A stretch of 64,000 bases of DNA from Candidatus Nezhaarchaeales archaeon (GTDB taxonomy: Archaea > Thermoproteota > Methanomethylicia > Nezhaarchaeales > JAWCJE01). The stretch spans positions 610 to 64,609 of the forward strand of contig JAWCJE010000008.1 in the NCBI GenBank assembly GCA_038853715.1, given 5' to 3'. The notes under the pieces were generated by a model. The model ran no database searches. It was not told where the DNA came from and saw only the letters and a program-made list of their open reading frames with translations. Positions 36,364 through 45,792 of this stretch are shown piece after piece. The position numbers and the translations under genes were made by a program. Position 1 is the stretch's first letter; the number at the start of each line of letters is the position of its first letter.

Positions 36364-37581
36364 ATGGGGGATCCCAGATTAATGGTTGAAAAGCTACCGA
36401 GTGTTAGCATAATAATCCCTACGCTAAATTGCGCTAAAACCATAGGTTCAACGCTGCAATCCTTACTCTCACTTAACTATCCAAAAGATCTATACGAGGT
36501 AATCATTGTTGACGGCGGCTCAACCGACGATACGTTGACAGAGGCAACAAAGTACTGGGTCAAAGTCCTTGCTGAGAAGGGTGCAAGTGCGAACCGGGCT
36601 AGAAATCTAGGTGTTAGCGCGTCAAAAGGCGAGGTTCTAGTATTCACCGATGGCGACTGCAAGATCCCATCGGATTGGCTGGTTAAAATTATACACAACC
36701 TGGAAAACGGCTTTGATTGCGTAGGGGGAAGGGTTAAAGCAGCTAACCTGCATAGCTTTCTACCTAGGTACTTGGATAGTTCGTTCTTTAACCCTTTCCC
36801 TACATTCTCTAAGTTTTCAATTATTAACGATTTAAAGCCGTTTAACTATTTAGCTACATGCAACATGGCTATTAAGCGTCAAGCATTTCTCGGGGTACGT
36901 GGTTTTGATGAAGGGTTTAGAGGGGGTTACGATGACCACGAGTTCCTGGCTAGGGTGCTAAAAGCTGGTTATAAAGCTGCTTACGACCCACGGATCGTCG
37001 TATACCATTACCATAGGGAAAGATTAGGGGACGCGTTAAACCAGGTATACTGGTATGGCAAGGGTTTAGCGCGTTTTACGTTTAAGCACCCTAAGCTAAA
37101 ACTAGTAAACATGCTACTACTTGGAGTTACGGCTTTAATAGCTTGGCTCACCTTCACCTTAACGTCGCTTATTTACTTCTTACTAACAGGAGTAAACCTA
37201 TACCTATATATCTCCCTCCTCATGATAACCATGGGTTACGCGTCTTTAACAGCCGGGTACATCTTAAAGACGAGAGGAGTTATAACCGCCTTAACTTACC
37301 CAATCCTCGATCTATTAAGAAGCATAGCCTTTACCATTGGCGCGATAAAAGGCTTCTTTGAAGCGATAAGCATCTCAAATTTTAAGAGCGTGAAGCATAC
37401 AGGGCAAATACCGTCATATAAGATAACTAATCATAGAGTAGTGGTATCCCTAGCGGGGAGTACCCATATAAACAAAGGGTATGTTACAACTCCATTATTT
37501 AGTAGTGAAGCATTTATTAAGAGTTTTGTAAGACCTCAAGGTTTAAATCACGCGATAGGTTTATTGCCATCTACTGTTTAA
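36364..37581 (+). CDS. Family 2 glycosyltransferase with a C-terminal multi-TM region
   Basis: It contains VSIIIPTLNCAKTIGSTLQSLLSLNYP, VIIVDGGSTDDT and FTDGDC, followed by C-terminal hydrophobic helices. Confidence 0.8.
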   Translation: MGDPRLMVEKLPSVSIIIPTLNCAKTIGSTLQSLLSLNYPKDLYEVIIVDGGSTDDTLTEATKYWVKVLAEKGASANRARNLGVSASKGEVLVFTDGDCKIPSDWLVKIIHNLENGFDCVGGRVKAANLHSFLPRYLDSSFFNPFPTFSKFSIINDLKPFNYLATCNMAIKRQAFLGVRGFDEGFRGGYDDHEFLARVLKAGYKAAYDPRIVVYHYHRERLGDALNQVYWYGKGLARFTFKHPKLKLVNMLLLGVTALIAWLTFTLTSLIYFLLTGVNLYLYISLLMITMGYASLTAGYILKTRGVITALTYPILDLLRSIAFTIGAIKGFFEAISISNFKSVKHTGQIPSYKITNHRVVVSLAGSTHINKGYVTTPLFSSEAFIKSFVRPQGLNHAIGLLPSTV

Positions 37582-37593
37582 CACTTTTACTGA

Positions 37594-37711
37594 AGCCCGG
37601 TGGTGTAGCGGTCAAACTGGTTCCAGGGCTAAGCATGTCGGGCTCTGTCAGCACTCTATAACGCTGGAGCAAGCCCCGGCGACGGCGGTTCGAATCCGCC
37701 CCGGGCTACCA
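37594..37711 (+). tRNA. tRNA with an A1:U72 acceptor, most likely tRNA-Gln(CUG). It carries a roughly 17-nt intron in the D-stem 3' strand and a roughly 25-nt intron in the anticodon loop. CCA is encoded.
   Basis: The 5' part is AGCCCGG TG GTGT AGCGGTCAA AC[TGGTTCCAGGGCTAAGC]AT G TCGGG CTCTG.... The 3' part is CCCGG CGAC GGCGG TTCGAAT CCGCC CCGGGCT A CCA. It is 115 nt to A73, against about 73 nt expected. Confidence 0.65.
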
Positions 37712-37888
37712 TATTTCGTTAGCGCCATAACGACATTGACGGTACTATTGAAGACCGTTGAAATGTAGTTTTAAACTAGTTTACCGCTTAACCTCCACCT
37801 TCCTTCCTTTAGGGCATGCTTTAAGCGGGCGTAAAGAATTGGTTTAAACAGTTTCTACTGGAGTTTTCATTAGAAATACCGGTTGCGT

Positions 37889-39562
37889 TTATTCCTTAAG
37901 CTCCTTAACCTCGTCAAGCAAAGCCTCGATACGGGACCTTAGCCTTAAAAGCTTCCTCTCATGGTCACCCATCAACTTTTCATAAGTTTTTCTAGATATC
38001 TCCCTAGCTTTAAACATGCTTCCTAGTTCCTTATAAGCAGCTTCAACGCTTTTAAGCTCAGCTTCTAAAAGCCTTATTTCTTCGATTAGGGCCGCGTGCT
38101 TCGATGAAAACCTCTTAACTTCATCCATGAGGCGGTGGACGTTAGCTTCAGCCTTAGCTCGCTCCTTAATTAAGAGTTTAAGCTTTTCCTCGTAAGCAGC
38201 TTTCTTAATCAATCCTTTAATAAAATCTTCCTCGAGCTCTTTAACCTCAAAAATTATTGATAATAATGTCTCGTATGCTTTAACCAAGTCTAAAGTTGAA
38301 GGCTTTAAAGATGAAGGAGCCCGAGGTTTACGTGTTACGTAAACCGCAGATATCACTATAAAGATCGCTACGACCGCAGCTAAGTACCCGAGGGGTATCC
38401 CCCATTGGAAGGGTGCTGGATAATGTTCAAACCTTACGACGAGGGAACGCACTAAATATGCGTAAGCGGAATTAAACGCGTAAACAGCTTTTACACCACC
38501 CGCCTCACTGAGTAAGGCAGGGGGAGGGAAAGAGTTAAAATTTAAAGTGGTAGCTGGCGTGTTTAACGTTAAAACCAAGTTTTCAATAGGATATTGGAAA
38601 ATCATTGGGGAGAGAGAAATCACATAAGTATTGTTAAAGCGCTCTAACGGAAAGTGGTAACGGATTGTAAAGGTTGCTCCTTCACCATAACCTATTGAGA
38701 AGCGAGGTCTAACTTCAACTTCCACCCCTTCCACCCCCTCCTTAATTTGGTAGCCAGCCAGCTCGGCTTCAAGCTTGTAATAGCCAAAGTCATCGTGAAC
38801 GGCTACACCCCTAGATTGGGGTGGAAGCGTGAAGGTTAAACTCCTCAACCTACCGCGTTCTTGAAAACTTTTTACCCTAACCTCCTCATTAACTTCGGCG
38901 TAACCGTTAGGATTTATTAATAGCTCCCGCTTAATTATCGGTACGGATACTTCCTTATAGCGCGGTATATAGCTATAGTTAGTGAGTATCGTTCTACCTA
39001 AACCTAAAGCTACGTTGATAAGCTCAATTCTTACCGCTTCACGACCTCCAACTTTAAACCTATCCGATACGTTCATACTTATCCAGCTAACGTTAGCGCC
39101 CATTGGATACCGTAATTCAATGCTGACAAACGTTAAATTAAATGGAGTGCTTAAAAGCAACGGTATGGTTGCTGTAATATTATTGCCCTTAACGTTAAAG
39201 CAACGCGTTAATACCATAATTAAATGTAACTTAAACCTTTCAACAGTAAGGGGAAGCAGCACTTCATAGCCCGATTGGCGGGATTGAAACGTAAGCGACT
39301 CGTTAAGCGGTCCGAAGAAGCCTATGCTTAATACTTCTCCTTGAAAGCCTTCAGGAAGGGTAAAGTTAATACTTGAGGGAAGCCTACCGTTCGGCGCGTT
39401 AACGTCAATAAGGTATGAAACAAGGATGAAGTTATCATTTATCTCAATAACACCGCGTACCTCCCCCGTCATAGATTGGCCATTTAGAACGGGTAGCAAG
39501 GAAGATTGAAGTAAAAGCGCCGCAACCAATAACACTATGAAGCTCCTTACAAGTATCGGCAT
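37889..39562 (-). CDS. Hypothetical surface protein: signal peptide, large sequon-rich ectodomain, one TM helix and a cytoplasmic coiled coil
   Basis: The N-terminus is FIVLLVAALLLQSSLL. There are many N-x-S/T sites (NFT, NES, NIT, NLT, NVS, NYS, NNT). The TM helix is LGYLAAVVAIFIVISAVYV. The last 130 aa or so are heptad-rich in K/E/L. Confidence 0.5.
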   Translation of the reverse strand: MPILVRSFIVLLVAALLLQSSLLPVLNGQSMTGEVRGVIEINDNFILVSYLIDVNAPNGRLPSSINFTLPEGFQGEVLSIGFFGPLNESLTFQSRQSGYEVLLPLTVERFKLHLIMVLTRCFNVKGNNITATIPLLLSTPFNLTFVSIELRYPMGANVSWISMNVSDRFKVGGREAVRIELINVALGLGRTILTNYSYIPRYKEVSVPIIKRELLINPNGYAEVNEEVRVKSFQERGRLRSLTFTLPPQSRGVAVHDDFGYYKLEAELAGYQIKEGVEGVEVEVRPRFSIGYGEGATFTIRYHFPLERFNNTYVISLSPMIFQYPIENLVLTLNTPATTLNFNSFPPPALLSEAGGVKAVYAFNSAYAYLVRSLVVRFEHYPAPFQWGIPLGYLAAVVAIFIVISAVYVTRKPRAPSSLKPSTLDLVKAYETLLSIIFEVKELEEDFIKGLIKKAAYEEKLKLLIKERAKAEANVHRLMDEVKRFSSKHAALIEEIRLLEAELKSVEAAYKELGSMFKAREISRKTYEKLMGDHERKLLRLRSRIEALLDEVKELKE

Positions 39563-39730
39563 TCTCCAAGCATCACCATGGTTAGCGTTGCTCCATACTA
39601 AAAGTCTTTAAACTTTTAAAGCTTATCACTTAAAAGGGTAAAAAAGTACTACAATAGGCTCTAGTTTAGCTAGTTTACATGTAACGTTAGTTTTATAAAG
39701 TCAGATCTTAAGCTATTAGGCGGAAGTTTT

Positions 39731-40024
39731 ATGGTTACCGATCTTGAAAACAATGTCAAGAAGGCTTTAAGTAAAGTTGTGGATCCAGAGTTAGGTATAT
39801 CGATAACCGAGCTAGGGCTTGTTAGAACGGTAAAGGATGAAGGTGAAGGACGTGTAACTGTAGAGTTTACGGCTACTTCGCCCTTCTGCCCTATAGCCTT
39901 CTTCCTAGCTAAAGAAGTAAAGAGGGTCGCAGCCAGGGTTGAAGGAGTAAAGAAGGTTAACGTAATTCTTAAAGGCCACGTAATGGAGGACGAAATAAAC
40001 AGGAAGGTGAATGAAGAGGGTTAA
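39731..40024 (+). CDS. DUF59/MIP18-family Fe-S cluster assembly protein (SufT-like)
   Basis: It reads VKKALSKVVDPELGISITELGLVRTV...VEFTATSPFCP. Confidence 0.75.
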   Translation: MVTDLENNVKKALSKVVDPELGISITELGLVRTVKDEGEGRVTVEFTATSPFCPIAFFLAKEVKRVAARVEGVKKVNVILKGHVMEDEINRKVNEEG

Positions 40025-40047
40025 GCAAGGTATAGGCGGCTGCCGGT

Positions 40048-40347
40048 ATGCCTAACATGCTTATTAAGGTCAAACTATTCGCCAGCATTAGAGAGCGTGT
40101 CGGAACCCGCATAGTGGAATTAAAAGTAAGTGAGGGAGCAACCCTTTACGAGTTATTAGGGGAGCTTGTTAAAGCATACCCAAAAGCATTAAAAGGCTAT
40201 CTAATAAATGAAGCCGGAGAAGTTAACGAGGAGTTAAACTTCCTAGTTAATGGGATAAACGCGAGTAGCCTTGAAGGCTTAAAAACTAAGCTAAAAGATG
40301 GTGACGCGGTATCCATATTACCTCCGGTCTCCGGAGGTATAAGATAA
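40048..40347 (+). CDS. MoaD/ThiS-family ubiquitin-like sulfur carrier / SAMP-like protein, ending GG-IR
   Basis: It has a beta-grasp pattern (KVKLFASIRERVG ... DGDAVSILPPVSGGIR). The di-glycine is followed by two extra residues. Confidence 0.7.
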   Translation: MPNMLIKVKLFASIRERVGTRIVELKVSEGATLYELLGELVKAYPKALKGYLINEAGEVNEELNFLVNGINASSLEGLKTKLKDGDAVSILPPVSGGIR

Positions 40348-40365
40348 ACCGATTAAAAAGCGGCC

Positions 40366-41670
40366 TTAACCGTTAGATAGAGGCTCACCAATCACGTAAT
40401 AGGGGGAAGCATCCTTAATCAAAACATTAATACTTAACCCTACCAAGTTCTCACCTTTACCTCTAACCACGGTAAACCTATAGCTCGGAGCTCTACCGGT
40501 TAAGTTTCCCTTCACCCCTACGCCTGTAATTAAGACGTCCTCCTTAAGGCCCACCATCTCCCTGTTCCTTTGAAGCGTAACCTCATTAACGATGGCGGTA
40601 AGCATTTTAGACCTCGCCTTCTTAACTGGCTCTGGAACTTGAACCATTTTAGCGGCAAGCGTTAATGGGCGCGGTGAAAACCTAGCCACGTGGACCTTAT
40701 CAGGCTTTACGCTCCTAATTAAGTTACATGTATCCTGAAAATCTACATTCTCCTCGCCCGGTAAGCCAACCATGACGTCCGTGGCTAAAACCCCCCTAGG
40801 GAAACGTTCTCTAAAAGCCGATGCTATCGCTTTAAAGTCGTTAACCGTATAGCCCCTATTCATCGCCCTTAGTACTTTATCGCTTCCAGATTGAACTGGA
40901 CAGTGTAGGAACTTATAGACCTTAGCGTCCTCATAAGCATCTAGAAGCGCATCGAGAATTTTTAGCGTCGCCGAGGGCTCCATCATCCCAACCCGCACTT
41001 TGAACTCGCCGTCTATGTTGCATACCCTTTTAATCAGGCTTGGTAGCGAGGAACCAATATCAAAACCGTAAACACCCGCATCTTGAGCTACTAAGTATAC
41101 CTCCTTAGCCCCAGCTCGAGTAGCGTACTCCACATGCTTTACTACTTCCTCCTGAGGATAACTTCTTAAGGGTCCTCTCGACATGGGCATTACGCAGTAC
41201 GAACATTTACCCAAGCATCCTACGGCGATGGGAACTACGTACCTCAAACCATGGTTTAATAGAAGCCTCGGAATCCTTATATAGGTTCTTCTTTCAGGGC
41301 CTAAATCAATAATCCTATCTCTACTGGATACAGCTTCCACTACCCTATTTATCGCATTAGGGCCTAAAAGGGACGCATAAGGGGCCTGTAAACTCACAAG
41401 TCCGGGCCTATAGCTAACTAGACATCCAGTAATCACTAATCTAAGAAGCCCTTTTTTAACAGCGCTTTCCAACTGTTTAATTCTTTGCAGTATACGAAGC
41501 TCAGTTTCACTGCGGACCGCACAGGTATTTATTACCATTACGGTAGCCGTATTAATGCTATCTACAACTTGAACACCTGCTTGTTTAACAAGGTCTATCA
41601 TTAAAGCGGTGTCGGCCTTATTCAACCAACAACCATAGGTCTCAAAGTATACTCTTACCCCCGAGGCCAT
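40366..41670 (-). CDS. Radical-SAM methylthiotransferase of the MiaB/CDKAL1 (e-MtaB) family
   Basis: The N-terminal UPF0004 Cys motif is in VYFETYGCWLNKADT...NTCAV. The radical SAM cluster is GCLGKCSYCVMP. A TRAM-like C-terminus follows. Confidence 0.85.
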   Translation of the reverse strand: MASGVRVYFETYGCWLNKADTALMIDLVKQAGVQVVDSINTATVMVINTCAVRSETELRILQRIKQLESAVKKGLLRLVITGCLVSYRPGLVSLQAPYASLLGPNAINRVVEAVSSRDRIIDLGPERRTYIRIPRLLLNHGLRYVVPIAVGCLGKCSYCVMPMSRGPLRSYPQEEVVKHVEYATRAGAKEVYLVAQDAGVYGFDIGSSLPSLIKRVCNIDGEFKVRVGMMEPSATLKILDALLDAYEDAKVYKFLHCPVQSGSDKVLRAMNRGYTVNDFKAIASAFRERFPRGVLATDVMVGLPGEENVDFQDTCNLIRSVKPDKVHVARFSPRPLTLAAKMVQVPEPVKKARSKMLTAIVNEVTLQRNREMVGLKEDVLITGVGVKGNLTGRAPSYRFTVVRGKGENLVGLSINVLIKDASPYYVIGEPLSNG

Positions 41671-42024
41671 ACCTCTCTCCTACCGTCTTAAGGACCCTTA
41701 TTAATACCTGGAAACACCTCACTCATATCTTACTATCTCTAAGTACTAGGATGGTCGCTATTAAGTAAGCCTAAAATACTTGGCATCGCGTTAACTTACA
41801 ACCAATGGTCATACAAACACCTTTAAAAAAGTTATGTTAAATACTGTACTCAATTTTATCCTCATACCTAGACATCGGAAGTATGAAACATCTTAGCTCC
41901 TAACCCTCCTAATCTAACTTCCCGATGGCTCTAGGGGGTGAAAGGTTTATGCCAAAAATAATACTTAAGTATTCCTAACGGAATACTTAGGCTTTAGTAG
42001 TTGAAGCCTGGGTAATTATTACCG

Positions 42025-42246
42025 GTGAAGATGTTGAGAAGAGCGGTTAACTGTAGACTTAGACTTATAAGTATTCACGTCCCCGAGATGTATGATAGGA
42101 ATGTAAGGGAGCTTATTAAGATGGGGCGCTACGTAAGCTATGGGGAGGTTATACGAGTAGCAATATTAAACCTAATCGATGACATCAACAGGAGCATGTA
42201 TGAGTTTCCATTTACACGGAGCCGATTAAAGCCGATCTGCGGCTAG
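42025..42246 (+). CDS. Ribbon-helix-helix (CopG-like) small DNA-binding protein
   Basis: LISIHVPEMYDRNVRELIKMGRYVSYGEVIRVAILNLI follows the RHH beta-alpha-alpha pattern. The start is GTG at 42025 or the ATG 2 codons in. Confidence 0.5.
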   Translation: MKMLRRAVNCRLRLISIHVPEMYDRNVRELIKMGRYVSYGEVIRVAILNLIDDINRSMYEFPFTRSRLKPICG

Positions 42247-42247
42247 T

Positions 42248-43948
42248 CTAAACGGATACAGCGAACCTACCGCTTTTAAGGGCTTTAAGGTCTTCTTCAA
42301 CTTCTTCGTTAGCTATCTTCCTTACAGCTGGGATCGGTTTTTTAACCCGCTGCCCCGGTTTAAGCATCATCTTCCCCGTTGAAGACCATGTTAACTCCTT
42401 CCCTACATCGTCGTAAAGATAGCCGAGAACAGTTATTGAAATATTTGGTATTATTGGGTATAGGTAAATCATACCATCCCTTAAGAAGTTAAGGGCTAAG
42501 TATATAGTGGTTCCAGCTTCCTTAACGTTCTCTTTAACCTTCCTCCAAGGCTCCTTAAGATTAAGGTATCGGTTAGCTTCAGCGAAGGCAGTCAGTATTT
42601 TTTCAAGAGACTTAGAGAAAATGGCTAGCTCGTAAGTCTTTTCAACATCATTTGGCAAGCGTTCTATGAATTCTTTAAACCTTAAGTCCTCCTCATTAAA
42701 TTCTCCCGGCTTTGGTACTTCCTCGTTAAAGAAGCGATAAGCAAATAGGAGGACGCGATGGGCGAAGTTCCCTATGTTATCAGCCAGATCACCATTAATT
42801 CTTTCCTGAAACTCCTTAAAGCTGAAGTCAGTATCCTTAATAGTATTTGAAGATTTTAACGCGGCGTAAAACCTTATGTAATCAGCTGGGTACCTTTGCG
42901 TCATGTAACGTACTGGTATAAGCCAACCTCTACTTTTAGATAGCTTTTCACCTTCAAACGTTACGTAGCCGTTTACAACGTACTTCTTGGGTAAATGGAA
43001 ACCTGCGGCTAGTAGTAATGCCGGCCAAAATATGAAGTGATGGTAGATGATATCCTTTCCTATGAAGTGGACTATCCTAGCGTAAGAATTCCTCCAATAC
43101 CTTTCCCAACTTACCCCCGTCCGCTTACTGTAGTTTACAGTGGAAGCTATATAGCCTATGGGTGCATCCACCCAGACATAGGCGTACTGATCCTCCTCGG
43201 CCTCCTTAAAGGGAAGCTTAAAGCCCCAGTAGTCCTCACGAGTTATATCCCAATCATCCAATCCAGCTTTGATCCAGCTTAAAACGTAGTTAACGACTTC
43301 CTTAGGGAAGTCATCCTCAGAGGATTGAGAAAGCCACGTGTAAAGAGCATCTTTAAAAGCGCTTAATTTAAAGAAGAAGTGGATAGCCTTCCTTAAACGG
43401 GGGGTTGAACCACAAATCGCGCACGTAGGCCTTAGTATTTTACTTGCTTCGATAACCCTTCCGCAACGCTCACAAACATCACTATACTGATCAGGGGCGC
43501 CGCAGTAAGGACACGTACCCTTAACGAAGCGATCCGGTAAAAATTTACGATCTTTCTCGCAATAGAAGTGTTCAACCTCCCTCTTGTATATATAGCCGTT
43601 TTCGTAAGCCTTAAGTAGAAAACTATTAGTTAACTCTAAATTCTCTTCACTATGAGTACGATGATAATTATCAAAGTTAATCCCTAAAGCCTTAAAGTCC
43701 TCAATATGCCTAGCCCTATAGTAATCAGCGTACCGTAAAGGTGTAGTTCCCGATTTTAAGGCCGCGATTTCAATAGGCGTTCCATGGTCATCACTACCAC
43801 ATACAAATACAACGTCGACACCCTTTAAACGTAGAAACCTAACGTAGATATCAGCTGGAATATAGGTGCTTATAACGTGACCTATATGTAAGTCTCCATT
43901 AGCATAGGGTAGGGCAGCTGTTACCACTGTCGGTTGATTAGACGTCAT
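42248..43948 (-). CDS. metG: Methionyl-tRNA synthetase (core enzyme, no C-terminal Trbp111 domain)
   Basis: The HIGH motif is PYANGDLHIGHV. The Zn knuckle is CPYCG...CERCG. The KMSKS variant is KLSKSRG. Confidence 0.95.
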   Translation of the reverse strand: MTSNQPTVVTAALPYANGDLHIGHVISTYIPADIYVRFLRLKGVDVVFVCGSDDHGTPIEIAALKSGTTPLRYADYYRARHIEDFKALGINFDNYHRTHSEENLELTNSFLLKAYENGYIYKREVEHFYCEKDRKFLPDRFVKGTCPYCGAPDQYSDVCERCGRVIEASKILRPTCAICGSTPRLRKAIHFFFKLSAFKDALYTWLSQSSEDDFPKEVVNYVLSWIKAGLDDWDITREDYWGFKLPFKEAEEDQYAYVWVDAPIGYIASTVNYSKRTGVSWERYWRNSYARIVHFIGKDIIYHHFIFWPALLLAAGFHLPKKYVVNGYVTFEGEKLSKSRGWLIPVRYMTQRYPADYIRFYAALKSSNTIKDTDFSFKEFQERINGDLADNIGNFAHRVLLFAYRFFNEEVPKPGEFNEEDLRFKEFIERLPNDVEKTYELAIFSKSLEKILTAFAEANRYLNLKEPWRKVKENVKEAGTTIYLALNFLRDGMIYLYPIIPNISITVLGYLYDDVGKELTWSSTGKMMLKPGQRVKKPIPAVRKIANEEVEEDLKALKSGRFAVSV

Positions 43949-44285
43949 ATCGTTTTCACCTCAAACCATAGAGGAACTCTACCATTTCCACTCTACCCTT
44001 TAAGTCCTTAATGAGGCCGTTAACCATATCCATTACGCCCCTCGTAGAGATTCACCTCATACCTACGTAGCCCTGTTTCACCAGCTACGAACCGCCCATT
44101 TAGTCACCTTAACTATAATACTACGCTACATTAGCCGGGCGGAATTATTTTAGCTTATCCTCGTTAAGTATCATGGCCTTATAGTTATCCTCCCCCTTGC
44201 ACATGATGAAAACGCTGATATTACACCTTTTAAACCTTAATCCATAGTATTACGCCTTTAACTCGTTAATGGAGACGTGTAAGCC

Positions 44286-45341
44286 TTGAAGACTTTAACC
44301 CCATCCAGACATGAAATAATGCTACCCAGCTACATCATAGTGGGTGAAGGCGTCATAAAGCGTGTAGGGGAGGTTATTAGTAGGTTCGAAGTAAAGGGTA
44401 AAGCCTTAGTACTTATAGGTGAAAAGGTTGAAGGCATTGTTAGTGATCATATTTCTATTTCTCTAAGGGAGCGTAGCATAAGCTTTGACTCAGTAGTAAT
44501 TAAAGAGGCTAGTAGTGAAGAGATAGCTAAGGCTATTGAGGTAGCTAAGGAGGAAAACCCCAAGGTAATTTTAGGTGTTGGAGGCGGTAGTGTTATCGAT
44601 GTGGCTAAGCTAACCGCTAACGAGGTTAACGCCAACTTCGTAAGCGTGCCAACGGCCGCATCTCATGATGGGATAGCTTCACCGGTCGTCTCCATAAAGG
44701 GGTCGCCCTCAAAATTCGTAAAAGTACCCTCCGCTATAGTTGCCGATATAGACGTCATTTCAAAGGCACCTCACAGGCTTATAGCTAGCGGCTGCGGTGA
44801 CATAATAGCTAAACTAACCGCTGTAAGAGATTGGGAATTAGCCCATAAGTTAAAGGGCGAGTATTATGGCGACTATGCTGCTTCGCTTGCAAGGATGTCA
44901 GCATTAATGATCGTAAGGCACGCCGAAGCTATAGCTAAAGGAAGCGGAAGCGGTATCAGATTGTTAGTTGAAGCGTTAATTTCATGCGGTGTAGCGATGT
45001 GTATCGCCGGATCCTCAAGGCCTTGCTCCGGCTCTGAACATCTATTCTCGCATGCCCTAGACCTAGTGGCCCCTAAACCAGCCTTACACGGGGAGCAGTG
45101 CGGGGTAGGAACGATTATGATGTCCTACCTACATAAGATGAAGTGGTACTTCATCAGGAAGGTGCTTAAAACCGTTGGAGCGCCAACAACAGCTAAAGAG
45201 CTAGGAGTGCATGATTACTATATAGTTAAAGCCTTAACCATAGCCCATAAGATAAGGGACAGATATACAATACTTGGAGAAAGTGGGTTATCCGAGGATG
45301 CAGCTGAACGCTTAGCTAAAGCAACGGGGGTTATCGACTAA
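44286..45341 (+). CDS. egsA: sn-Glycerol-1-phosphate dehydrogenase
   Basis: It is in the iron-ADH/DHQS superfamily. It contains GVGGGSVIDVAKL, PTAASHDG, CGD and SGSEHLFSHAL. Length is 351 aa, as in archaeal G1PDH. Confidence 0.8.
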   Translation: MKTLTPSRHEIMLPSYIIVGEGVIKRVGEVISRFEVKGKALVLIGEKVEGIVSDHISISLRERSISFDSVVIKEASSEEIAKAIEVAKEENPKVILGVGGGSVIDVAKLTANEVNANFVSVPTAASHDGIASPVVSIKGSPSKFVKVPSAIVADIDVISKAPHRLIASGCGDIIAKLTAVRDWELAHKLKGEYYGDYAASLARMSALMIVRHAEAIAKGSGSGIRLLVEALISCGVAMCIAGSSRPCSGSEHLFSHALDLVAPKPALHGEQCGVGTIMMSYLHKMKWYFIRKVLKTVGAPTTAKELGVHDYYIVKALTIAHKIRDRYTILGESGLSEDAAERLAKATGVID

Positions 45342-45357
45342 AGGTTTTAGTAAGGCT

Positions 45358-45792
45358 ATGAGGATTATTGCCCTAATAGGTAAGGCACAGGCCAGGAAAG
45401 GCTTCCGGTTCGTGTATAGCGGTATTAGTAGACAATGCTTATCTTGTAAGCTCAGACCGGTATGCGTTGATAAACTGGAGGTTGGCCGAGTCTACGAAGT
45501 CGTAGCAGTTAGGGAGAGGGTACACCCCTGCGAACTCCATGAAGGAGGGGTACGTGTCGTAGAGCTAGAGGAGGCCCCCGTATTAGCAGCAATACCTTCA
45601 AAGCTGGCTTGCGAAGGGGCTATAGTAACATTTAACCCTATAACCTGCCAGAACACTAAATGCGCAGCATATCAATACTGCTGTACGCAGGCTTTAAGGG
45701 CTGGGGATAAATGCTTCGTAGAGAAAGTACATGAGAAGCTGGAATGCCGTAAAGGCTTAAGCCTGAGGCTCTCCTCTCTAAGGAGGCTTTGA
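45358..45792 (+). CDS. UPF0179-family Cys-rich protein
   Basis: It reads IALIGKAQARKGFRFVY...CLSCKLRPVC...VHPCELHEGGVRVVELEE...ECRKG. Length and Cys pattern match my memory of UPF0179. Confidence 0.65.
   Translation: MRIIALIGKAQARKGFRFVYSGISRQCLSCKLRPVCVDKLEVGRVYEVVAVRERVHPCELHEGGVRVVELEEAPVLAAIPSKLACEGAIVTFNPITCQNTKCAAYQYCCTQALRAGDKCFVEKVHEKLECRKGLSLRLSSLRRL

Noticed and set aside
36195-36443. 82-aa minus-strand ORF
   Set aside because: It overlaps the tRNA-Leu(UAA) gene and the start of the GT2 gene. Its middle is simply the reverse complement of the tRNA.
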